Source: Azolla caroliniana (Eukaryota; Plantae; Polypodiophyta). Taken from it: a stretch of DNA of 64,000 nt. The translations under genes and the position numbers were made by a program. Positions 1 to 13,480 of this stretch are shown piece by piece; position 1 is the first letter of the stretch, and each line of letters begins with the position of its first letter. The notes beneath the pieces are model-generated. The model worked only from the letters and a program-made list of their open reading frames with translations, ran no database searches and was not told where the DNA came from. The DNA is taken from assembly GCA_043228905.1 (NCBI GenBank), contig JBHGNT010000021.1, positions 4,030,001 to 4,094,000 on the forward strand. Reading direction: 5' to 3'.

Positions 1-1657
1 TTATCCAAGGTAGTATGATTCGAGCACTTTAGTAAATATATTCGCCATTTGTCAAGACGTCTAAATATGTTGGAGATTGACATCTTTGTCTACAATCATT
101 TCTTTAATTGTAATGCAACTCAATGTGGTTTTGTGATAAGTTGTGTGTTGTTAAGGTTATCACAATGTTGATCATGATGTTGAAGTCTTTAAAGATTTTA
201 TTGAGCTACACATACTCAAGGGCGACAACCATCCCCCCGTACTCTATCTCTGTAATTGAGAGAGTCATAGTTGACTTATTTATGTTGCTCCACGAGACTA
301 ATGCCGCTTCCCAAAGAGAAGATGAAAACATTTCAATCATCTATTTGTTGAACCTTCAATCAAATTGCCAGGTGGCTATTTTTTTGTTCCTCCAAGAGAT
401 AATGTTGTTTCCCCAATGAGAAGTTGAAAGTTTATTTTGATCATTGAGTCATCAAACTTCTAACCCAATCAACACCCATACACCCTTTGAATTAACCTAT
501 GAATTTCTCTTCTTTTGCAAGTGAATAGTTGGCATTTGTCCTTGGGTCTTTTACAAAGCACCTACGAGTATTGAATCAAACTTGCATGCCTTGTGACTGC
601 CACTAAGTCCTTGGGCCTCAAGGATTGTGTTCAAACACAAGGTGCCTAGTTGAGCTTTATATTTAAATACATCGCATAAATCCTTGATGACCTTTCTGGC
701 CATGGTTTTGTCTGATACTTTTGCATGTTTTCAATTATTTAGACTAGTGTAGTTTTCCATTCATTTCTTAAGTGATATTGCACATTTTTCAATTATGTTG
801 TTTCAAGTGGCAAACTCTATGACATTGAGCGGAGGTAGCTACTTGCTTGACAATTCAAAGTCTAATTTTCTCCATGAAAGGAAGAGTCATGGAATGCATA
901 GTATGGGAAAGAGAGAATTAATCCTCCAATATGTCAACAATATAAGATGGGAAACGAATAGATGATTTGAGTCATGTGGAGGCCAAATGCAAATAAGTAG
1001 ATACATTGATGTACATCAAAGATCTATTTGCCAAGATTATTGGAAGAAGATGAAGGACATGGCAATCATAATTATCACCGACTCTAATATTGAAAGAGGG
1101 ATTGGATATATGGCAACCTTAACAAATAAGTTGTGATTAATGGAACAACATCATCAAATTAAAGTGTGAAAAAAAACTGAATATGTTGACAAGATTGTCA
1201 ATGAGTTGACTTAATTTATTGGTGATATCGTTGATATGGTCAAACTTTGTTAGAAAGTTTATCTCTCACTATCATAGCTTTAAAACATCTATTCATGTAC
1301 ATGGATTTCTTAAATTTGAGAATAATAGTGTCTATACTGTTTTCATGGAAAAGCAAACTTTTAGGACAACTAATGATGCTTTGGAATGACAATTATAATT
1401 TATTTTTCAACTCGTGATCGAGAAAGAGGTTGTCTAGGGGAGGACAAGGAAGTTTTATAGGAAGAGGAGAGCAAACATTGGGAGACTCTACATCGACAAA
1501 GTTCAAGGAGAGAGGGTCATCAACGAGCACAATGGGAGAGAACCTTCAAGAGAATGGATGTTTATTAGGGCACACTATATGGAAAACATGTGCAAGGCAA
1601 TGTTTTTGATAGTTTGTTTTGGAAATCGGAGAGACACATACACTCCCAAGGTAACGT

Positions 1658-2435
1658 TGTCGTGAAGGATTCCGGCCATAAAGAGAAGTGGGGCCAAGCA
1701 CGCGCGAACGGGTGTGTGCACCGATGCACACGAACCAAGAAACATGTACAAACATAATGTAAATAGCATAGGGGCGGTAAGTACTAGGTAGTAGGAATTT
1801 AAGGGTACTTTAGAGTCCCACACGCGTAGAGAGAATCCGGGGATTTAATGTGAAGAAATCAAAGGGGGGGGGGGGATCTCTGACACTGATCACGATGTAA
1901 CGATCTCCCCTTGTGCTATAAAAAGGGAGGCTTGAGCCTATTTTAGGCATCCAGTTTTGGGAGGACGAAGTTCTGTTGGTTTGTGGGCCGAGCTCTCTCT
2001 CTCTCTCTCTCGTGTACGATTATGTAAGGAAGCCTCTGCTCGCGTAGGAAGCCCGTGAGCTCTCAACTAGAGGCTCCTGAATCTATTTGTGTGCATGTGT
2101 GGGTGGAGGGAAGGTGTGTTCCGATAATGCACGACTCTCCTACTGGCCAAGCCTGGTTGTATTATGCTTGCCTTAATCTATTTGTTTCCATAGTTCGGGT
2201 CGATCTCTTCTTGTTTCGGGTTTCATCTCTAATTTTGTTTCTTTGTGTTTGTTTCCTTGCTCTACCTGTGAACTGCGTGATGCGGTTCTTCTACGAACCT
2301 ATACATACGTTGTTCGGGTTTCGGCAACTGACCAAGCACTCCGTCACAGTTGCTTTTCCTACTCCCTCTGACTCCTTGGTCTAAGATCCCCGTGGTCTTG
2401 CATGTTTCAACACATACTAGTTGAAAACCGCAACA
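1658..2435 (+). mobile_element. Solo LTR of the tRNA-Trp-primed LTR family also found at 47172 and 59843
   Basis: Starts TGTCGTGAAGGATTCCGGC, like 59843 TGTCGTGAAGAATTTCGGC. Ends CCGCAACA, like 51048-51055. Internal TATAAAA near 1917. Flanked by ACGT (1654-1657) and TCGT (2436-2439), an imperfect 4-bp TSD. Confidence 0.7.
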
Positions 2436-2639
2436 TCGTAGAGTTGTTATAGATGGACGGTGATGAACCAACTGAATGTGGCAAGACAATTTAGTCTCTT
2501 ACACAAGCATGAAGATTTTTCTCGAATGTGGACAAAGACAAAGGTACGAGGCAAATACAACGAGACAACATTCTCATGCACGAGGAAGGACACCCGAATG
2601 CGAGCTAGGAAAGATATACGAGATGAATATGGGGAGAGG

Positions 2640-3090
2640 CCTCTCTCTCTCTCTTTTTATCGTAATCAGCTTACCCTAGTGGTAAGTTGTTAACACTACA
2701 AGCACTGCTTGGGTTCAAAACCCAATTTTCTCACTTCTCTCTATTATATACTTCATATATATCTCTTAATTCACTAGATGCCACTGTGGAATGTAGGGGT
2801 TGAACCCATGACCACCTGGTCTCCATTGGGCAACCTTACCAACTAACCTCTCTCTCTCTCTCTTTTATTGTAATTACCTTAAACCCTAGTGGTAAATTGT
2901 TAGCACTACAAGCACTACATTGTGGGTTCGAAACCCAACTTCCTCACCTCTCTATTATATACTTCTTATATATCTCCTAATTCACTAGATGCCACTGTGG
3001 AATGTAGGGGTTGAACCCATGACCACCTGGTCTCCATTGGGCAACCTTACCAACTAAGCTACATCCATCTGGGCTCTCTCTCTCTCTCTC
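2640..3090. repeat. ~211-bp tandem duplication carrying tRNA-like (SINE-like) heads, bounded by (CT)n
   Basis: ACCCTAGTGGTAA at 2673 and 2883. CCACTGTGGAATGTAGGGGTTGAACCC at 2781 and 2992. Minus-strand A box TAGCTTAGTTGG and B box GGTTCAACCC. (CT)n tracts at about 2641, 2847 and 3074. Confidence 0.75.
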
Positions 3091-3699
3091 ATGCGCGAGG
3101 TAAAAGAAATCCAGAGAATGGATAGATATTTATGGAGCCGAATACGTTCTTGTGTGGATAGATATATAGGGAGCTATAACCGTTCTGAGAGTTTCCAAAC
3201 TTGAACCAATTTGATTTCCAAACCGGTTACGCCTAAACCAATTTAGGAACCAATCTTTCAATCTAAATCCGTCCTCAAACACGGACCAAGGAGTCGGTTA
3301 AGCTTTAACTGGTTTGGAAGCCAATTTGAACCAAATCGGTTTGGTTCAGATTGCCCCACCTAACTCAAACCAGTTAAGGAAGCTCAAGCCTAAAACTGAA
3401 CCGTCAAACCATTTAAAAACAACTTTAATGGATCGGTTTAGGCTAGAGCTGAGATGTTGCCGATTCCTACAGTGTGGTGAGAGGGTAGTGAATGGGGAGG
3501 GGGGGGGGTTTCCGATGTTGTGAAAGCCACGAGGCGACCGGGCAAATATGATTGCGCTCTTCAGCTTTTTCCTTCTCCGAGACAACGAGACGAGGGTGGA
3601 CAACCCAAGGGGCACATATTGAATTTGTAGACACTTTTATAAGAGGGGGGGGGGGGGGGAGGGGTATCGTCAGAAATTGCTTCATCGATTATTATTTAT

Positions 3700-3712
3700 T
3701 TATTTATCACAA

Positions 3713-3746
<34 letters not shown>

Positions 3747-3880
3747 GTATATAAATAAATAAATATATTGTGGTGTACCTTTTGTCTATGTGCGTTTCAC
3801 AATATATAAATATATAAATATATAAATAAATAAATATATTTATATAAATAAATAAATAAATAAATAAATATATACACACA
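3700..3880. repeat. (AAT)n and (TAAA/TATA)n microsatellites upstream of the SNARE gene
   Basis: Simple repeats seen directly. Confidence 0.85.
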
Positions 3881-4196
3881 GAGGCAGAGCAGAGAAACAG
3901 AGGTCAAGAGACAGAGAAGAAAGAGAGGTGGGTCCCAATCTTTAGCTGGACGCCAGAACATCGCAGGATTTGAACTCCAGATCTCTCTCTCTCTCCCTCG
4001 TCTCCACTTTCTGTGCCCCCACGTTCCTGCCATAGCCAGGAGACTTTCTCTCCTTCGCTCTCGCCCACAGCCTAACACCTCTGCCGATGAAAACAGAGTT
4101 CTTGATTGATCCGCGCATCCGCATCTCTGAAGGACAGGGTAGGGAACCTGTGGGATCGTTCTCGCATCCCGGACCCCTCTACCCCTAGTGTGCAGT

Positions 4197-7100
4197 ATGA
4201 GTTTCCAGGATGTGGAGAAAGGTCCTTCCTTTCTTTTCAATTCCAGACAGCCTAAGGAGAATGAACACCATAGCCAAGAAGCTGTGGCCGCAGGGATCTT
4301 CCAGATCAACACGTCTGTCTTCAATTACAAGCGCCTCGTCAATACCCTTGGCACTCCCAAGGACACGCCGGAATTACGCCAGAAATTGTAAGTTTCTTTT
4401 CTTTCTTTCTTTTTGCTTTTATTTTATTTTATTTTATTTTACCTCAACATCACGAAATCAATGCAAAGACATAGAGAGGTCAATCGTTTTTGTCGTTTTT
4501 TTATGTAAGGAAAATTTAGAGTGAGACGGATTTCTTCCTCTCGCCAGTCTGATTATAGACTACAATAAGCTTCGCTTGCTATAATCTATCATGTATAACC
4601 GTGGTACTTTTATTATGGACCAAATGCATTAAGGATCTGTTTATATATTATTTTGTTGAACATCATTTTCTTTATCAGAGAATCTATGGTGTACCTTGTC
4701 ATCAGTGGTATTTGTTTATCAATTGCATCAAATATCTGTTTATGTAGCAGTGGGCACCTTCGTTTTGTAGCAAGTATTTATCGACTTTAGCATTGATTAA
4801 GGAAAGGAGAGGCAAGATTTTTTTCTATGAGAGTCTCCTTGCCTTTAGATTAAATATGTTTTATCCCTCTATATATTACAAAGTGTATGAAAATCTTGAA
4901 CCTTCAGTGGTTACAGAAAAAGAAACCCAAAATTTGCAGCTTCAGTTGTGTTTTTCATTTACTCCCATGAGTTAGTCAATCAGTTGCCTAGTTGGATGAA
5001 ACTGAAAGGACAGGTTAGAAACTGCAGGTTTGATGTTCCAGAACAGTCATATATCGAAAGTTACCCCACAGCTCAGCGTTGGCATTTGATTCCATATATA
5101 TGCTTCATCTATTATAATATATATACGTAATTCATTCATGAAAAATATATTCTAGAAAACAAAAGAATCGATGCACATACTGCGAAAATTTAAATGAGGA
5201 AAATTAAGACCGTAATTTGTTTTACAGAAAAATAACTGAATATAAACCATGTAGTGAGGCCAGTGATGCAATGTAACAGGTCACATAAGCAGTCTGATGA
5301 GCTCTGTTAAAAACAATACATCAAATATGTGATAAATAGACAACCTTCTTCACCATGCAAGGCTGAAAATATGTAGTTTTGTGAGGGATTGGGATGAGGT
5401 TTTATACACATTTTTCAGAAGCTTGTAATCTCTAGACTCCAGATTCTAGCCATATATTGCAAACACGGTTCTCTCCTACCAAGTTATTATGAATGGAATT
5501 TTGTAACTCGTAAGTACTCATCATGAATTTGTGAAAGTGTACATATAAAACGTAGTAACCGAAATTAATTTAACAATAAGACCACATGAATGGTGATATT
5601 TAAATCATAAATTATAAATGGCATATTGATGTAGTTTTTTGCGGCTTGCCTATGGTTAAAGATTCTCTCTTTTTGCCATTAGAATGATGACTGATGTGAA
5701 CGGATTAATGCAACAGAGTGTCCATTGAGAATGAAGATATAAAAATAGTCTTATGTGTTAAATAGAGAGTTAATTAATATGCTCCATTGCTCTCTGGTAC
5801 TTTTGTAAAGAAGTTGTTTAGAATACAGGGATTTATAAAAAGAATAGTTTGAGAAAAAGGCGGGAAAGTCCTTGTGTTCTGTGTGCAATTGGTCCCAAAT
5901 AGCCTATGAGATTGGCCAATATTTTATATTTTCATGTACTTGAGAAAAAGGTAGGAAACTCTATGTGTGGTCTGTGTGCAAATAGGTCCCAAATAGCTTA
6001 TGAGATCATGAAACAAGCAACATGTGGTTAATGATTTTATTGGCCTCAAGTCTTTAAGGGTAGGCTTCAATTGTTACCAATGCATGAAGGTTAGGTTTTA
6101 TCCTGTGTATTTGCTTTCTCGCATATACAGCAGAATACAAAAGAGTATCAGTTCTAAACAAGCCTCTGGTCTTATTTTCAGGCACAAAACTAGGCAACAC
6201 ATTGGACAATTGATAAAAGAAACATCTGCAAAACTTAAAGCTGCTAGTGAGGCTGATCAAAGCACTGAAATTAGTGTAATTCAAACTCGCTGGATTTGTA
6301 TTCACTATAATAATCACCTCTGGTTTACAGCATTGAATGAGAATTTCTTTGTGTAAGCAGTCTGCCAAAAAGATAGCTGATGCGAAACTCGCAAAGGACT
6401 TGCAAGCGGTGTTGAAAGAGTTCTATACAGCTCAACGAAGTGCTGCTGAACGGGAAACTGCCTATGTGCCTTTTGTTCCTCAACCTGCTTATGTGCCTTC
6501 TCAGTAAGTTATATTGAACAATCCAGTAAAAGACATTAAACATCAGTAAATGTTTCTATGGTGTACATGTGATTACTTGCTGATCTAACTGTTGCTATTT
6601 CGGTGAATTTCAAATAGCAGCTACACTCCTAATGAACCAATTGAAGAGTTCCAAAATCCAGATTATCGAACCTTATTATCAGAGCAGAAAAGGTATCAGC
6701 AATAGAAATATTGAGTTAAATTGCAACTGTAGATTGTCGATGGGGTATGATATAACTTTCACCACAGGCAAGAAGTTATTTTATTGGAGAATGAAGTAGT
6801 CTTCCATGAAGCTTTGATAGAAGAACGAGAGCAAGGCATTCGGGAAATACAACAGCAAATTGGAGATGTTAATGAGATGTTTAAAGATCTGGCTGTTCTA
6901 GTCCATGAGCAAGGTGTTATAATAGGCAAGACAGCTGATCCCTTCTAGTTGTGTCGATTCACATTTACTTGATTGGTTATATCTTCTATTGAGCATTGAC
7001 ATTGATTTCCTGCTTGAAAATATTAGATGACATTGATTCCAACATCGAAACTACACATGCTGCAATAGCACAAACTAACCGACAGCTTGCGAAGGCTACA

Positions 7101-7293
7101 AAGGGCCAGAAATCAAATTCATCTCTGGTAAGTATTTTCTCTCTAGTAACTGCAGTAATTGCCGCCAGCCATTTTTGTAAGGTTCCCTACTAAAATTTGA
7201 CATACATACTTGTCCTTGGTTTTACAGGCGTGTCTATTATTAGTAATTTTTGCAGTAGCACTGGTCATTGTCATCATAGTTTTGGCAACATGA
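4197..7293 (+). CDS. SYP22: Syntaxin SYP2 family Qa-SNARE (SYP22/VAM3-like), about 274 aa, 7 exons
   Basis: Exons 4197-4387, 6182-6275, 6361-6503, 6621-6692, 6768-6925, 7027-7127 and 7228-7293 join in frame. Motifs: [55 protein letters not shown] helix [43 protein letters not shown]-terminal [21 protein letters not shown]. The symbol names the closest Arabidopsis-type homolog; orthology is unproven. Confidence 0.93.
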
Positions 7294-10200
7294 CTTGCAA
7301 GTTACTACTCATAATGGTGCTGAGACAATTTACCTTTATGCGTTGAGTATCCAGGGACACACAATCAACAAAATCATGTGTCATAATCAATGCCTTGTTA
7401 CATTAAACCTTCACCCCTGTAACAGTTTGCCCTATGTAATAGTGGCCAATGCATTCTTTTTCTCATGTGTACAGATTGCAGTTGTTTCCCAATTTTGAAC
7501 TAATATGAACCATTTGCATTCATATTTAGTTTATTCGAGTTGTTCCTAATCTATCTCTGATAAATTTTCCATTTGGACCTTATATTTCTAAGAATAAAAT
7601 ACCCCAGGCAACCATTAACCAAAGCTCTCCATCTCTACACTTCCCACTGAACACACAGGATTTTGAGCCTTCTGGGCAAGCATAAGGCTAAGAGTTGAAG
7701 GGATAAGTTCCATTCCTAATCTTTTGCCATCATGAAAGGCACACAAATGGTGGGGATTCAATTCCTATTACAGTATAACAGGATTAAATGCACGTAGCAT
7801 CTAGGTTGAAGATATTAAGCCTTCTGGCCCCTGGCCCAACTTAAGGCTCACAAAACTACATGCATCTGGCATTGTGATCAAAGAAATTGGGCCTACTAGT
7901 CAAAGCTTAAGGTTCAGGGGGTTATATTCATATCACACCATGGTCAAAGATTATGGGTTAATTTCTATTCATACTCTTTTGCGTGTGAAAATTACCATTA
8001 CAACCCAGACTCATGGAGTATTGTTGCATGTTATACCTAAATCTTTTACCCAATTGTAATAGCTATTCCGAACAAAATCTCACCATTCTGCAATGACAAT
8101 TTCATTGATGTCAAAGATGAACATATAAGCGGGCAACACGAGGAGATCAAAATGAGCTATGGAACATTCAAGTCACTATTGGAATGTTGGAGAGAAGCCT
8201 TAATGTGTATGTAACAAGTTTCTGAACTTACTAGACGGATGTCTTTTCAGAAAGGTTCTATTCTCATCTTGAGTGATCAGATGTGAAGAAGTTACTAAAT
8301 CTTGCAAGAGATGGAAAATATGCATGCAATAAGTTTCTGAACTTACTAGGGGGATGTCTTTTCAGAAAGGTCCTTCTATTAACACCTTGAGTGATCAGAT
8401 GCGACGAAGAAGTTACTAAAGCTTGCAAGATGATTTTCATCTCTTGTTTGTGTTAAACATGTTAGAGCAAAGCAAAGGTTGAGCTCATCCACGAATAATA
8501 AAAAATTGAGCAGGGGATATGAACACACACACAAGCTAGAACTGATTAAATATTTCCAAATGTGCAAATCTCGTCAAAAATATTATCGTCTAGGAACATG
8601 TTGGATAACTCAAGCTGATATATTCTTCTTTTTGGGACTTCTTCTCAAGTCTCGTAGCTACTTTTTATGTCATCCATATTTGTTAATTGATAGGTCGGGT
8701 AAGTTAATAATATATGTCGTTCATATTTGTTAATTGATAGGTCAGGTAAGTTATATATTATTACGATTGGTTTCTAGGCGGAAGGCAATGCCCCATCTAA
8801 TCTACCCGGTTAAAATTTTGGTGATCATTCCATTGAACCAGACTAGTCATGAGTGGTGTTGGAAGGTTCGTCAGAAGTAAGAGAACCCTAGATAAGATAC
8901 CATGTTTTGTAAGAGGAGCAATATCCATTTTTTTATGGAGACTTTTGGGGGAGGTGCCAAGCGAATGCTTGGTGGGGTTTACTTCAAAGAGAAGATGAGG
9001 AGGGGAGGAGGATTGATTCCATCCGTCAAAAATATCTAAAGATGCCCATATATATGTGTGTGTTAATGCAAAAGCCCATTTGCTATAAGAACAAACACTG
9101 GTTCCCACACAGAAAACTATACAACATTTCCAAAGTGATGGATATATACAAGACTACTACACCTGTTTTTAATCCTTCAAACTTTTTTCGCAGGGTTCTA
9201 TACCCTTTATATGAAATCTGTGGATTTCTAAGCAAGCATGTGCCTCTTGTATTATTAGTTCAAGGATGTCAAGGATCACAGATTGGGCAGATGGAAATTT
9301 CTAAGTGTTCTATTTCAACGTTGTTGGTCTTTCCATTCCCTTAGTTCTCCATGATCCACCATCCCCGTCTTTACTCTTTATTAGTTTGTTGCAAATATTA
9401 AGTTCCAGAGTTTTTCAATGGTTTCTTCGCGGCATAATTATTAATAGCTCGTAATTAGTCAGTGTAAATGATAAATTCTGGTCCTTGTGCCAGTGATCAA
9501 AGTATGTTGATTTGAAAATCTAATGTTCCATCATTTTTCTTCTTTTTGGGTAACTTTCAGTAAATTATATCCATATGCTTACTACCTGAAGGACATCGGA
9601 TCAAAATAAACCCAGAATCACAGCCCCCCAAGATCGTGATTCGTTATATCGAAAGAAACAGAATCTGAAGAACATTGTCTGGCATGGGATAAAAACGGAA
9701 TCAAGGCAAATCTACATCCACTCACTATATATCAGTATTTGAACAGTTAAGAATCCTGATTTGGAGACGTATTAATACATAGCATATGTCATGATGATGT
9801 ACTTGAATTGAATTATTGTTTAATCATGAGAATGGATAGATTCGTCTAAAGATATCATTCACTCAACTTGAAACTGTCAATATTGTCAAAATCAATCAAA
9901 TAAGACATACATTAGAACTAAATGAAAACCACATATTTTTATTTTGTATACCACATGATGTGATCTCTCCTGTTTACTACAGCAGATAATGCTACTACTA
10001 CTGTCCAGGATGTCTGACCAAAGGTATGCAATGTGTAAAACCTTGTGAGTATGCAAACCATCAATAAGTAGAGGGCAGTGAGCCAATTGCCAAATTGCCT
10101 TCATCAAAATTTTCTTCTTTTGTCCTTTCTTTTGTTCATAATTGACAGACTTTTGCTTTATGATTTCATTCCATTGATATAGTGAAGAAAGAAATTGCAA

Positions 10201-12188
10201 TATTTTAGTACGGCTCAGCTATGAATCAAGAACATTATATGAACCTATGAACAAAATACAAGCAAACTACAAACGAGATATAATCAAGAAAATTCAAGCA
10301 ACATGTATAGTGCCATGATGAGTGCAACCAACCAAGAGAAATTAGTCAAAAGAGTTTCGTAAATGGCGTTGACCCCGCAAAAAGCCTGAAGACTCCCTTC
10401 ATATAGTGCCGACTATCCATGTCGTATAACTCTATAAACTCCGACTATATATAACATGCAATGTAGATAAGATTCTCCATTTTCATGACATCCATGTGAG
10501 ATAATTTTCGAATAATGATTCCATTGTATAGCATGCAAACAACTACACTATATATTTGCCAACTCTAGATGCAATAGTCACTTTCAATGTGGCATAACTG
10601 GACACTACGCATGCTCATCACACATAAATACATCCAAGGAAAATAGGTAGATCTATCACAAATATATAAATCTCTTGAAATATTTTTAAAAGATCTCATA
10701 ATGAGTGTTCCAAATCTTTGTCATACATTTAAAGAAAAGCATAATCCAATCATTGATATGACATGTGACTTGTTCATTCAAATCTTTACACAATAAAAGC
10801 CTGGATGGCTTAGCTTACAAGATACAAGAAGGTTTTTGTATAATGAGCAAACCCATTACACGATGAAAGCTTAGATTACAATTCACAAGATACAAGATAA
10901 GTAACTTAATTTCTTGAAAACTCATTACCATGAATTCACACAATGTAGGAGTCTATGCTTGATAATGTTTTGATACCCATGCAGCTTAGGCTTATTAAAA
11001 AATCGAAAATTCAGAAAATTCCCTTCAGATAAAATTCAGCTAGTTATCTACTCCATCCGAGTTTCTACGCACCACATATCTATCATTCTTCGAAATTTGA
11101 AAGCCATTTTCATTGGAACAACATAAATTGTAGTTCCATGCATTGGCGTTGAAAAAAATCTGAATTTTGGATGATGAGGGTGATAAGGAATATGCTCACA
11201 TAGATGTTGTGGAAGAGGAAATGTGCATAGGATCCATATAAAGATGGTTTGTATTATGGTTGAGGAAGACAACGAAGAGGCTGCACCATATCATGGATGA
11301 ATATAATGGATAGCCCATAACATGGGATGTTATCATGCATGGGTCATGGATGGGAAGTACATGTCTGAAGATTCCAAAAGCCATCCAAAATGTGTTAAAC
11401 CTCACCAATGACTTGCTCCTCAAATAAACATATTAAAAAAATGGTTTTGACTGCATGGGGGACTTGGATGGAGCCACAAATCAAGTGGAATATTAGGTTC
11501 TGATGCATATATCATAGCAAGATTAGGTTCTCAGATACACAAGCACACATGCATCATTCATACTTGGCAATACATGCATGTACTACATATCCAAGCAATA
11601 TTAGACTCAATCCTAAAACAGAATGCATACATACAACCACACACATGTATCAAACATAATACATACTTAGTAATATATTTATTTGAATACATGCACATAT
11701 CCAAGCAAGCAATATCAACTCCCCCCATACCAACACATACATACATGTGAAAGCTAAGCAATATTACCTCCTCACATCAATTAAGCATTGCATTTCAGAA
11801 AACCAGCATTTACATTTCATTTCCAAAAGCCTTTTGAGTTGGAATATGTAACTACAGGCACTGCAATATATACATGATGCAAATCTAATTATTCTATACT
11901 CTCTGGAATCACCAACTATTTCCAAGGCAGGCTATCACGAAACAAGGCAATCCGCCATCTTCTCCAGATTGATGGAGCATGCTCATTATATACACAATTG
12001 CATTGAATTTGTCAAACCTCATGATTCCCCATCCATAACACTCCACGATCACTGCACAACAACCGTGTATAAAGTCATGAATGTACCACATGTTGAGATA
12101 TATATGACTGCAGTAACCATTACAAAGTAGTGCCATGCTCGTCTGATTTGTTTCCAAAAACCCTTGCTATTTTTTTCCCCTGTTCTTC

Positions 12189-12753
12189 CTAGAGGATTAA
12201 ATTGTGGAAAACAAGCAGAGAATTTGACATAGTTAATAGCACCATGATTCATACCTAGGAGTACAATTGTAGCAAACAAGCAGAGAATTTGATATAGATA
12301 ATAGCACCGTGATTCATACATAGGAGTACAATTGTGGGAAACAAGCAGAGAAGTAATACATCGTAGCATCATGATTCATACCTAGGAGTACAATTGTGGG
12401 AAACAAGCAGAGAAGTAATACATTGTAGCATCATGATTCATACCTAGGAGTACAATTGTGGGAAACAAGCAGAGAAGTAATACATTGTAGCATCATGATT
12501 CATACCTAGGAGTACAATTGTGGGAAACAAGCAGAGAAGTAATACATTGTAGCATCATGATTCATACCTAGGAGTACAATTGTGGGAAACAAGCAGAGAA
12601 GTAATACATTGTAGCATCATGATTCATACCTAGGAGTACAATTGTGGGAAACAAGCAGAGAAGTAATACATTGTAGCATCATGATTCATACCTAGGAGTA
12701 CAATTGTGGGAAACAAGCAGAGAAGTAATACATTGTAGCATCATGATTCATAC
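12189..12753 (-). repeat. Tandem array of about nine 62-66 bp units, each resembling a GT...AG mini-intron
   Basis: Period 62 (CCTAGGAGTA at 12381, 12443, 12505, 12567, 12629, 12691). Two diverged 65-66 bp units lie at the left end. Minus-strand unit: GTATGAATCATGATGCTACAATGTATTACTTCTCTGCTTGTTTCCCACAATTGTACTCCTAG. Confidence 0.95.
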
Positions 12754-12788
12754 CTGGGACCTCCTCCACTGATTAATTGGAAGAATAT

Positions 12789-13301
12789 CTAGCCAAGCTT
12801 TAAGGATGAATCTCGGCTTTCAGGGCTCGTTTTAGGAGGGATGGCACCAGACGGGATTGCATGGTGGGGTTTAGTCTCGCCGGATGGGTGAGGTTGGAGG
12901 GGGTTAATAAAGAGGGGATTAGTAGGGTTCATGGCTAAGGCAGGAGGAGGGTGGTGTGGGGGGGAGGCAGGGAGAAGGCTGCCAGGTTTGGGGGGTTGGG
13001 CGAGGCGGAGAGAGGGCAGAGGGGGTGCGGGCAAAGGCGGAGGGGGGGCGGCCGAGGGTTTGAGATGGAGAGGTCGGGAGATAGCGCGGGATATGAGGAG
13101 GGATTCGTGGTCCGATCGGGGGAGGTCGGTGGTGATGTTATCGGGGAGGAGGCGGAAGGAGCCGGCGGCTTCTGAAGGGAGGTGGGAGGGATTGTGAGGA
13201 GGAAGGAAGGGCGATGGTGGTGGAGGAGGAGTGGGAGGAGGTATGGGTGAGACCTCGGCGGGACCGACGAGGCCCGGAAGGCCAGAAGGATGAAGGTCCA
13301 T
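12789..13301 (-). CDS. Putative proline-rich orphan protein (about 170 aa from MDLHPSG), function unknown
   Basis: GC-rich stop-free frame (open from 13583) with a (CAGAA)n leader. It diverges from the NC-domain gene and is followed by a canonical splice donor at 12753. No recognisable domain. Confidence 0.35.
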   Translation of the reverse strand: MDLHPSGLPGLVGPAEVSPIPPPTPPPPPSPFLPPHNPSHLPSEAAGSFRLLPDNITTDLPRSDHESLLISRAISRPLHLKPSAAPPPPLPAPPLPSLRLAQPPKPGSLLPASPPHHPPPALAMNPTNPLFINPLQPHPSGETKPHHAIPSGAIPPKTSPESRDSSLKLG

Positions 13302-13387
13302 AGCCGGGCAGGCAGGAAGGCCTGCCTGTAGAGGTGTCGCCTCAGTGAGAGAGAGCCTGTTAGCCGCTCTGCGTAAACGAAAACCCT

Positions 13388-13480
13388 TCTGTTCTGTTCT
13401 GTTCTGCTCTGCGATCTGTTCTGTTTGTTCTGTTCTGCTCTGTTCTGCTCTGCGATCTGTTCTGTTCTGTTCTGTTCTGG
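13388..13480. repeat. (TCTGT)n pentanucleotide microsatellite
   Basis: Seen directly. Confidence 0.85.

Noticed and set aside
1-1560. Decayed retroelement coding remnants (gag-like)
   Set aside because: Only faint motif resemblance with many stops. Boundaries cannot be supported.
2775-3070. Functional tRNA genes
   Set aside because: A and B boxes are present, but there is no consistent acceptor or anticodon stem.
3165-3455. MITE call for the AAACCG-rich tract
   Set aside because: No convincing TIR or TSD pair could be defined.
8214-8430. Local ~117-bp duplication (similar short ones at about 5860-6010, 16425-16610 and 24094-24190)
   Set aside because: Ordinary short tandem duplications with no further structure.
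8790-11500. Possible decayed LINE ORF1 or DNA-transposon fragments
   Set aside because: No diagnostic motif is readable.
12189-12753. CRISPR-like array
   Set aside because: Units are contiguous with no unique spacers, there are no cas genes, and the context is eukaryotic.
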